Shown here: positions 57,268 to 64,000 of the stretch, piece after piece
Numbering within the stretch: the first letter of the stretch is position 1
Layout: each line of letters opens with the position of its first letter
Assembly: GCA_965277805.1 (NCBI GenBank)
Contig: OZ255842.1
Span: 4,224,001 to 4,288,000 of the forward strand
Direction: 5' to 3'
Source: Candidatus Lustribacter sp.
GTDB taxonomy: Bacteria; Vulcanimicrobiota; Vulcanimicrobiia; Vulcanimicrobiales; Vulcanimicrobiaceae
DNA length: 64,000 nucleotides
The notes under the pieces: generated by a model
The model's database searches: none
Seen by the model: the letters and a program-made list of their open reading frames with translations, nothing else
Told to the model about the DNA's origin: nothing
Program-made: the position numbers and the translations under genes

Positions 57268-58617
57268 TCACTTCCCGATACAGAAGCGGGCGAAAATGCC
57301 GTCGAGGACCGCTTCGGTTGCAACGGCGCCGGTGATCTCGCCGAGCGCGGCGAGCGCGGCCAGCAGTTCGGGCGCGATGAGATCGAGCGCGTCGCCCAGG
57401 TCGAGCGTTTCGCGCGCGCGGGCTAGCGCTTCGCGGGCACGCGACACGGCGCCGGCCTGGCGCGCGGAGGCGAGGTGCGCGCGGGCGAGATCGATGCGTT
57501 CGGTGCCCCAGCCGGCGCGCGCGATCGCGCGGCGCAGCAGATCGAGTGTGGGCTCCGCGAGCACGCTGCCGTGCAGCGCGTCGGCCTCCGGGGCTTCGCG
57601 CGCGTCGTAGCCGGCGCGGCCGAGGTCGCTCTTGTTGAACAGCACCACGCGCGGACGCGTGCGCGTCGCCTCCAGCACCGCGATCGCATCCGCATCGAGA
57701 GGCTGCGCACCGTCGACCACCACTAGCGCCACCGCCGCGCCTTCCAGCGCGCGCCGGGCCCGCTCGATGCCGATCTGCTCGACCGCATCTTCGCTCGCGC
57801 GCATTCCGGCGGTGTCGAGGATGCGCACCGGCACGCCGTCGATGAAGAAGCGCTCCTCGATCACATCGCGCGTCGTGCCCGCCGTCGCCGCCACGATCGC
57901 GCGTTCTTCGCCGAGCAGCGCGTTGAGCAGCGACGACTTGCCCGCGTTGGGCGGGCCCACGATCGCAAGCGACAGGCCCTCGCGCACGAGCCGGCCGCGC
58001 TCCCAGTCCGCAACCAGCGCTGCGAGCGCCGCTTCGCACGCCGCGAGCCGCCCGTCGACGTCCGCGCGGCCGGGCTCGGGCACTTCGTCCGGATAGTCGA
58101 TCGCGCCGGCGAGTTCTTCCAGCACCGTCGCGAGCGGCGCGCTCACCGCGTCGATCGCGGTCCGCAAGCCGCCGGTCAGGTTCGCTTGCGCCGCCCGCGC
58201 GCCGGCCCGCGACTCGGCCTCGATCACGTCGGCAACCGCCTCGGCTGCGCTCAGGTCCAGCTTGCCGTTGAGAAATGCGCGGCGCGTGAATTCGCCCGGT
58301 CCGGCCGCGCGCGCGCCGGCGGCCAAGAGCGCGCGCAGCGTCTCGCGCGCGACCACCGGGCTGCCGTGCACGTGCAGTTCGACGATGTCTTCGCCCGTTA
58401 CGGTGCGTGGCGCGTCCATCGCGAGCGCCAGGCCCCGATCCAGCACGGCGCCGTCGACGTCGAGGATCTCGCCGTAGGTCGCAACGCGGTCGGCGAGCGG
58501 TGCGCGGCTGCGAAAAACGCGCGCCACGATCGTGCGCGCGTCGGGACCGCTACAGCGGACGATCGCGATCGCACCGCGCCCCGGCGGGGTCGCGATCGCC
58601 GCGATCGTCTCAGGCAC
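57268..58617 (-). CDS. mnmE: tRNA modification GTPase
   Basis: TIAAIATPPG, GEFTRRAFLNGK.DL, GPPNAGKSS, GTTRD, DTAG, FCIGK. Confidence 0.97.
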   Translation of the reverse strand: MPETIAAIATPPGRGAIAIVRCSGPDARTIVARVFRSRAPLADRVATYGEILDVDGAVLDRGLALAMDAPRTVTGEDIVELHVHGSPVVARETLRALLAAGARAAGPGEFTRRAFLNGKLDLSAAEAVADVIEAESRAGARAAQANLTGGLRTAIDAVSAPLATVLEELAGAIDYPDEVPEPGRADVDGRLAACEAALAALVADWERGRLVREGLSLAIVGPPNAGKSSLLNALLGEERAIVAATAGTTRDVIEERFFIDGVPVRILDTAGMRASEDAVEQIGIERARRALEGAAVALVVVDGAQPLDADAIAVLEATRTRPRVVLFNKSDLGRAGYDAREAPEADALHGSVLAEPTLDLLRRAIARAGWGTERIDLARAHLASARQAGAVSRAREALARARETLDLGDALDLIAPELLAALAALGEITGAVATEAVLDGIFARFCIGK

Positions 58618-58619
58618 TT

Positions 58620-59204
58620 TTACTTCGGAGAAACGACCAGCCGGCGATCGGGGTCGACGCCTTCCGATTCGGTCCGCACGACCGACGATTCCGATAGCGC
58701 GAGATGCACGATCTTGCGTTCGCTCGGCAACATCGGCTCGAGTTTGATCGCCTTGCCTTCGCGAATCACGCGCTCCAGCGTCGCAAGCGCGAGCGTCTTG
58801 AGCTGGTCCGCTTTACGCGCGCGATAGCCTTCGGCATCGATCGTGTAATAGCGCCGGTTGTTGCGCACGCCGGCGTTGAGGATGTTGTTGAAGATCAGGT
58901 TGAGCGCTTCGAGCGTGTTGCCGTTGCGGCCGATGAGATTCGCCAAGCGCGGCCCGCGAATTTCGAAGTACTCGCCTTCCGAACGCGCGATGTAGACGAT
59001 CGACACATCGTCGATGCCCATCTTCCCGAGCAGCTCTTCGAGCAGCGTGCGCGCAGGTTTCGCTTCGGCCGGCTCGACCGATGCCGCGGTCGTCGAACGC
59101 GGCGGCGCCGGCCGGCGATCGAACCGGCCGCCGCCGCCCGAGCGTCCGCGCCCGCGGTCGCCGTAGTCGCGCCGTCCGGAACCGTGATCGTTATCCATGC
59201 TCAA
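58620..59204 (-). CDS. jag: Jag/EloR/KhpB-like RNA-binding protein (KH + R3H)
   Basis: LIGRNGNTLEAL (KH), ERKIVH (R3H); lies between yidC and mnmE. Confidence 0.88.
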   Translation of the reverse strand: MSMDNDHGSGRRDYGDRGRGRSGGGGRFDRRPAPPRSTTAASVEPAEAKPARTLLEELLGKMGIDDVSIVYIARSEGEYFEIRGPRLANLIGRNGNTLEALNLIFNNILNAGVRNNRRYYTIDAEGYRARKADQLKTLALATLERVIREGKAIKLEPMLPSERKIVHLALSESSVVRTESEGVDPDRRLVVSPK

Positions 59205-59222
59205 TCCTTCGTCCTAAAAAAT

Positions 59223-60065
59223 TTAGCGTTTGCTGCGGCGCGATGCGCGGCCGCTGGTACTGCCGTTCTTACCGCCGGTGATCGCCGCGCGGTTCGAGGT
59301 TTTACCGTTGGTGAGAGGGGCCGCTTCGACCGTTTCGACGGCGGCTTTTTTCGGGCCGATCAAACCGTAGCGGCGATACATGTAGAACTGTTGCGCCATC
59401 GTCAGCACGTTGAGCATCAGCCAGTAGATCAACAGCGCCGATGCCCAGTGATAGCGCCAGCCGAAGTACGCGATCATCGCCGGCGAAACGATCGCCATGA
59501 TCTTCTGCGTCTGCGCTTGCTGCGGATCGCTCGACGGCGGACTGCCGTAACGCACGCTCAAGTACATCGATACGACGTAAAGCACGAGCAGCACGAAGTC
59601 CATTTCGCCGAGGTTGGCGGCGAGCACGCCGTGCGTGAGCTTGTCGATGCCGTCTTGCATCCACAGGAAGTGCGCGGCTTTGAATTCCGCGAGCTGCGAG
59701 TTGATGGCGTAGAACAATCCGAGCAAAATCGGCAACTGGATCAGCATCGGGAAGCAGCCGGCCAGCGGATTGACGCCGTGTTCTTTGTAGAGCGCCATCG
59801 TCGCGGCTTGCAGCTCTTGCGGCTTGCCCTTGAACTCGGCTTGGATCTTCTTGAGCAGCGGCTGCACTTTCTGCATTTCCGCCATCGACTTGAACTGCTG
59901 TTGCGCGAGCGGGAAGAGCGCGAGGCGCACGACCAGCGCCAGCAGCACCATGTCGAGTCCATACGACGGAACCACCGAGTGGATCGCTTTGAGCACGCCC
60001 AGCATCGCGTCGGTAACCGGCTGGAAAAAATTAAAGGCGAACAAGGGGGACTGGGAGCCTTTCAC
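59223..60065 (-). CDS. yidC: Membrane protein insertase YidC (short form)
   Basis: VRL.LFPL, LYKEHGVNPLAGCFPMLIQLPI, LLIYW...N....QQ. Start uncertain. Confidence 0.93.
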   Translation of the reverse strand: MKGSQSPLFAFNFFQPVTDAMLGVLKAIHSVVPSYGLDMVLLALVVRLALFPLAQQQFKSMAEMQKVQPLLKKIQAEFKGKPQELQAATMALYKEHGVNPLAGCFPMLIQLPILLGLFYAINSQLAEFKAAHFLWMQDGIDKLTHGVLAANLGEMDFVLLVLYVVSMYLSVRYGSPPSSDPQQAQTQKIMAIVSPAMIAYFGWRYHWASALLIYWLMLNVLTMAQQFYMYRRYGLIGPKKAAVETVEAAPLTNGKTSNRAAITGGKNGSTSGRASRRSKR

Positions 60066-60067
60066 AG

Positions 60068-60115
60068 GCGGCTCGGCCGAAGGCCGAACGCGAAGGATTC
60101 GCCGACGGCGGATCC
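60068..60115 (-). repeat. Two-hairpin structured element, family B copy 3
   Basis: Minus strand GGATC-CGCC-gtc-GGCG-AATCC-TTC-GCGTT-CGGCC-ttc-GGCCG-AGCCGC between yidD and yidC. Confidence 0.75.
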
Positions 60116-60119
60116 ACCA

Positions 60120-60329
60120 CTAAGGAACGGGATCGAACCCGCCGGGATGCCAGGGCGCGCATCGAACGATGCGCCGAACCGCCAGAAATACCCCGCGAAA
60201 CGGACCATGTTTCTCGATGGCAGCCGCCGCGTACTCCGAACACGTGGGTACGAAACGGCACGCCGGCGGCAGAATCGGCGAGAGCAAGCGCTTGTATGTA
60301 GTGATGAGGGCGACGAGCAGGCGGGTCAC
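60120..60329 (-). CDS. yidD: Membrane protein insertion efficiency factor
   Basis: [24 protein letters not shown]. Confidence 0.95.
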   Translation of the reverse strand: MTRLLVALITTYKRLLSPILPPACRFVPTCSEYAAAAIEKHGPFRGVFLAVRRIVRCAPWHPGGFDPVP

Positions 60330-60640
60330 CGGAAGAACCGTCCGAGTTCCGCCGCGACGGCCGCGAATTCGGCCTCGCCGGCCCCCGGCCGGGCGATCAG
60401 CACGACGTCGCGGTGCGGGGCCGCGCCGAAGGCCGTCCGGTCGAGAAACGCTTTGACCCGCCGGCGCAGACGATTGCGGACCACCGCATTGCCGATCGCC
60501 TTGGAGACGGTGATGCCGACCCGGGACGGCCCGCGCGTGGCGGCGGTCAGGAAAACGAAAAGGGGCCCAACTTGCCGCTCGCCGCGACGTTGGACCCGCG
60601 CAAAGTCGCTCCGCCGGCGGAGCGATTGGTACCGGCGCAT
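60326..60640 (-). CDS. rnpA: Ribonuclease P protein component
   Basis: [21 protein letters not shown]. Confidence 0.93.
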   Translation of the reverse strand: MRRYQSLRRRSDFARVQRRGERQVGPLFVFLTAATRGPSRVGITVSKAIGNAVVRNRLRRRVKAFLDRTAFGAAPHRDVVLIARPGAGEAEFAAVAAELGRFFR

Positions 60641-60659
60641 CGGGCAGCAGCCCGCGCGC

Positions 60660-60794
60660 TCAGACGGAGAGGCGGTGGCGACCCTTTTTGCGCCGCGCCG
60701 CGAGGACCTTACGGCCGTTCTTGGTGCTCATGCGCTCGAGGAAACCGTGGACGCGCTTGCGTCGGCGGTTGTGCGGCTGAAAGGTCCGCTTCAC
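60660..60794 (-). CDS. rpmH: 50S ribosomal protein L34
   Basis: Manual translation [52 protein letters not shown]. Confidence 0.97.
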   Translation of the reverse strand: MKRTFQPHNRRRKRVHGFLERMSTKNGRKVLAARRKKGRHRLSV

Positions 60795-60836
60795 GGTACT
60801 GGTGCTCCTAACGAATGGGTAAACTTAAAGCACCGT

Positions 60837-60866
60837 ATTGTATCGGGCCCAGGCCCGCTACGTCAA
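60837..60866 (-). promoter_or_regulatory. Sigma70 promoter of the rpmH operon
   Basis: TTGACG-N18-TACAAT on the minus strand. Confidence 0.7.
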
Positions 60867-60898
60867 GGGTAAAATGGGGATTGCGAATAGTTCTTAAG

Positions 60899-61067
60899 TT
60901 GTCCACAGCTGTGGACAGGGCTGTGGACAAGCCCCAGGAGGAACGCGTCCCGAACCCTTGTTCCACGGGGGTTCCTGCCGCATAAATGGGATCCCGGAAA
61001 GTTGCGGAGAACCCCGAAAAGTCCCCGCTTTATCGAGAGATTAAGCCCGCTTACGGCCTGTGGATAA
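60899..61067. promoter_or_regulatory. DnaA-box cluster upstream of dnaA (oriC part 1 / dnaA autoregulation)
   Basis: TTGTCCACA 60899, TGTGGACAG 60910, TGTGGACAA 60922, perfect TGTGGATAA 61059. Confidence 0.85.
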
Positions 61068-61184
61068 GTGCAGAAAACGGGGGATGAAAAACCGCAGGAA
61101 GGCGTCCTCGCCTTGCCAATCCGTCAGCCTCATCTCTCCGGTCCATGGACGGGCCGGCCGGTATCTTTTTGGCAGGTTTTTTGG

Positions 61185-62543
61185 ATGCACACTTCCCTCG
61201 CGGATGCCCAAACCTCGGATCTCTGGGCGGCGGCGCTGGAGCTACTTGAACCGCGCTACAACAAGCCGGTATTCGAAATGTGGCTCAAGCCGATGCGCCT
61301 GGTCGAGCTCACCCCGAACGAGATCGTTCTCGCCGTAAATACGACTTTTGCGCGCGATTGGGTTGAGAACCGGCTCAAGAACGACATCACGAGCGTCCTC
61401 CACGATATTCTCGGGGCGGAGATCGCGCTGCGGGTGGTCGTCGATGCCGGCCCGGGCACGGAAAGCGTCCCGACCGCGGTCCCGGCCAAGCCGGCGGCCC
61501 TCGTCGACGAGCTGCGCGCGGGGAACCTCAACCCGCGCTATACCTTCGATGATTTCGTCGTCGGAAATTCCAACCGGTTCGCTCACGCCGCCTCGCAGGC
61601 GGTGGCTGAAGCGCCGGCTATGGCCTACAACCCGCTCTTTCTCTACGGCGGCGTCGGTTTGGGCAAGACCCATCTCATGCACGCCATCGGCCATCGCGTG
61701 CTGGCGCGCAATCCCAACGCCAACATCGTGTACGTGTCGAGCGAAAAATTCACCAACGAATTCATCATCGCGATCAAAAACAACCAGACAGTCGAATTTC
61801 GCAACCGCTACCGGCACGTCGACGTGCTGCTGATCGACGATATCCAATTCCTCGAGGGTAAAGAACAAACCCAAGAGGAGTTCTTTCACACGTTTAACTC
61901 GCTGCACGAAGCGCAAAAGCAGCTGGTAATTTCGAGCGATCGGCCGCCGAAAGAAATTCAAACCCTGGAATCGCGTTTGCGCTCGCGGTTCGAGTGGGGA
62001 CTGCTCACCGACATCCAGCCGCCCGACTTCGAAACGCGCGAAGCGATTTTGCGCAAAAAAGCCGAGACCGAAAGCGTTGCGGTGCCGGACGACGTGCTGG
62101 CCTTCATCGCGAAAGTCATTCCCTCGAACATCCGCGAACTCGAAGGCTCGCTCATTCGCGTCGTCGCGTATGCCAGCCTGACGAAGGCAACGCTGACGGT
62201 CGAACTGGCCGGCGAGGTTTTGAAGAATGCCGTCGCGGCCGCGCCGATGCATCGCGTGACCATTCCGCTCATCAAAGACAAGGTCTCGAAGTTCTTCGGC
62301 ATCTCGATCAAGGAGATGGAAGCGCAACGGCGCGATCAGCGCGTGACGATGCCGCGCCAAGTCGCGATGTACATCGCCTGGCAACTCACCGGCGCGTCGC
62401 TGCCGCAGATCGCGCGTGAGTTCGGTAAGAAAGACCACACGACCGCGATGTACGCGCGCGACAAGATCGCCGATCTCATGGACTCCGATGAAGCCTTCCG
62501 CAACCGAGTACGCACCCTCATCGCCCAAGTCCAGTCGGACTAG
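61185..62543 (+). CDS. dnaA: Chromosomal replication initiator DnaA
   Basis: YTFDDFVVG.SN, YNPLFLYGGVGLGKTHL, LLIDDIQF, RELEG, DHTT. Confidence 0.98.
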   Translation: MHTSLADAQTSDLWAAALELLEPRYNKPVFEMWLKPMRLVELTPNEIVLAVNTTFARDWVENRLKNDITSVLHDILGAEIALRVVVDAGPGTESVPTAVPAKPAALVDELRAGNLNPRYTFDDFVVGNSNRFAHAASQAVAEAPAMAYNPLFLYGGVGLGKTHLMHAIGHRVLARNPNANIVYVSSEKFTNEFIIAIKNNQTVEFRNRYRHVDVLLIDDIQFLEGKEQTQEEFFHTFNSLHEAQKQLVISSDRPPKEIQTLESRLRSRFEWGLLTDIQPPDFETREAILRKKAETESVAVPDDVLAFIAKVIPSNIRELEGSLIRVVAYASLTKATLTVELAGEVLKNAVAAAPMHRVTIPLIKDKVSKFFGISIKEMEAQRRDQRVTMPRQVAMYIAWQLTGASLPQIAREFGKKDHTTAMYARDKIADLMDSDEAFRNRVRTLIAQVQSD

Positions 62544-62576
62544 CCTTGCGACGAACCCAACCCGTAGTGAACGAAG

Positions 62577-62609
62577 CCCGGAGAAGCACTGCTCTCCGGG
62601 CCTTTTCTA
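62577..62609 (+). terminator. Terminator-like hairpin after dnaA
   Basis: GCCCGGAGA...TCTCCGGGC followed by CTTTTCT. Confidence 0.5.
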
Positions 62610-62667
62610 TCGCCACGGCGAAGCGCAGCCGCAGGCGAGCACCGCGACGGCTTCGCCTGTGGGCGAA

Positions 62668-62862
62668 GCCTCCACAGGCGATTGTACACGGGGTGGATAA
62701 TGCGAAATCGCGCGGTGAGTGGGGAGTCCGGGGATAGATGACCGTCTCCGTACACACCCCGAAAAACGCGTTGACGCAGCAGCCACGGGTGTTTTCCCGA
62801 TCTATGCACGCCGTGCACGTGCCTACTGATACGACGGTTATCTTCTATACTTATATACAAAC
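62668..62862. other. Probable oriC unwinding region in the dnaA-dnaN spacer
   Basis: Degenerate DnaA boxes (e.g. GGTGGATAA 62692, TTGTACACG 62682) followed by GCC-TAC-TGA-TAC-GAC and the AT-rich TTATCTTCTATACTTATATAC tract. Confidence 0.65.
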
Positions 62863-62892
62863 GCGACGACGTCGCGGCGGAGCGGTGGACGA

Positions 62893-64000
62893 GTGAAGTT
62901 TACGTGCAGTACGAAAGACATCGCTTCGGCGGTTGGAGCCGCGAGTAAGATCGTCAACGCGCACACGACGGTCCCGATTCTCTCGAACGTGCTGCTGACG
63001 GCCGACGAGGGCGGGATCAAAGTGCGCGCGACCGATCTCGAGCTGACGTTGGAACAATCGTTCCCGGCCGAGATCTCCGAACACGGCGCGGTCACCGTCC
63101 CGGCGAAGCTGTTCTCCGGCTATCTCGGCAACTTGCCCGCCGGCTTGCTCGAACTCACGGGCTCGCCGACCCGCGCCTCGATCAAGGCCGAACGCTCGAA
63201 CTACGATTTTCTCGCGCTCCCGCCGGATGAATATCCGCCGCTGCCGAGCGCGCAAAAAGGCGCCTCGTTCGGGATCGCCGCAAAGAAATTTCGCGACGGC
63301 GTCAATTCGACGATCTTCGCCGCCTCGAGCGAAGAAGCGCGCGGCGCGGTGCTCATGGGCACGCTGCTCGAACTCGAAGGCTCGTCGATTACGCTCGTCG
63401 CGACCGACGGATACCGGCTGGCGAAGTGGACCGGCACGCTCGACCGCCCGTTCGAAGGCTCGGCCAAATACATCGTGCCGTCGCGCGCCCTGGCCGAAGC
63501 GGCGCGCAATCTCGGTTCGGCGGAAATGCTCGAAGCAACGGCGCTCGGTGCGCAGGCCAACCAGCTCATGTTCACGGCCGGAACCACCTCCATCGTGGTG
63601 CGTCTCGTCGACGGGCAGTACCCCAATTACGGACAGGTAATTCCGGCGAAATTCGACCGGTCGGTCACCGTGAACACCAGCGGCCTTATCGGCGGATTGC
63701 GCCGGGCCGAACTCGTGGCCGGCGATCGCGCCTCGATGGTCAAGCTGGAAGTTGCCAACAACACGCTGATGATCACCGCCAAGTCCGACGTGACCGGCAA
63801 CGCCTACGAAGAACTCGAAGTCGAACAGACGGGCGACGACCTGACGATCGCCTTCAACGCGCGCTATCTGGTCGAGATTCTCAACCACGTCGATTCGCCG
63901 CAGACCGTGCTCGAGTTTCTCGGGCCGTTGTCGCCGGCGGCGATTCGCCCGCTCGAAGCGAACGATCTGGGCACGCAGCTCTTCGTGTTGATGCCGCTGC
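62893..64000 (+). CDS. dnaN: DNA polymerase III beta clamp (3' end just beyond window)
   Basis: Not in the ORF track. GTG start MKFTCSTKDI...PILSNVLL...ATDLE...VATDGYRL...IAFNARYL...VLMPL. Confidence 0.96.
   Translation, partial: MKFTCSTKDIASAVGAASKIVNAHTTVPILSNVLLTADEGGIKVRATDLELTLEQSFPAEISEHGAVTVPAKLFSGYLGNLPAGLLELTGSPTRASIKAERSNYDFLALPPDEYPPLPSAQKGASFGIAAKKFRDGVNSTIFAASSEEARGAVLMGTLLELEGSSITLVATDGYRLAKWTGTLDRPFEGSAKYIVPSRALAEAARNLGSAEMLEATALGAQANQLMFTAGTTSIVVRLVDGQYPNYGQVIPAKFDRSVTVNTSGLIGGLRRAELVAGDRASMVKLEVANNTLMITAKSDVTGNAYEELEVEQTGDDLTIAFNARYLVEILNHVDSPQTVLEFLGPLSPAAIRPLEANDLGTQLFVLMPL

Noticed and set aside
59207-59215. AATCCTTCG matching part of the family-B scaffold
   Set aside because: No flanking stems; better explained as the jag ribosome-binding site on the minus strand.
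58704-60872. 722-aa plus-strand ORF
   Set aside because: Antisense to jag, yidC, yidD, rnpA and rpmH, all strongly supported.
60881-60897. TTGCGAATAGTTCTTAA, Fur-box-like
   Set aside because: Three mismatches to a 7-1-7 palindrome, and it lies in the AT-richer origin region far from the iron genes.
62851-63888. 345-aa minus-strand ORF
   Set aside because: Antisense to dnaN, which the ORF track missed because its stop lies outside the window.
1-64000. CRISPR array, rRNA, tRNA, transposase, prophage, T-box leaders
   Set aside because: No regularly spaced repeats or diagnostic motifs seen; synthetase genes lack leader space. A covariance-model scan would be needed to exclude small RNAs fully.

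Overview
High-GC bacterial chromosomal window that ends at the replication origin. The origin region reads dnaN(partial)-oriC-dnaA / rpmH-rnpA-yidD-yidC-jag-mnmE ... mnmG-rsmG-(two parS-type palindromes)-cca-parA-parB. Further housekeeping blocks are thiE-thiD-trpS, maf-mreBCD-mrdA, rpmA-obgE-nadD-lysA, fabF-rnc-smc-purH and hisS-accB-[ADP-heptose/LPS-core cluster]-aspS. Firmicutes-like traits (L27 with a Prp-type N-terminal extension, jag, short YidC) occur together with LPS genes, which suggests a diderm Terrabacteria lineage. Eremiobacterota is my guess, by inference only. Accessory inserts: hydantoinase/oxoprolinase A+B with an ABC transporter; a small island (Xre/MbcA-like protein, STAS, YqcI/YcgG + DUF1989, Fet4-like, glyoxalase, dienelactone hydrolase); a cytochrome P450; and a 6-kb insert between mnmE and mnmG (binding protein, Rieske oxygenase, PdxA-like, bfd, bfr and a multicopper oxidase-ZIP transporter fusion). 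Most notable: (1) the two-domain multicopper oxidase-ZIP fusion next to bacterioferritin; (2) a three-copy two-hairpin element with a fixed scaffold and fully exchanged stems, each copy directly after a TAG stop; (3) a three-way-junction element with two CsrA-type CAGGA(U/C)G loops lying between the two parS sites; (4) a local CTAG/codon-usage anomaly around parS; (5) an MreB with an actin-like Gln at the catalytic Glu. I saw no tRNA, rRNA, CRISPR array or transposase. All calls come from reading the sequence by eye; no database searches were run.
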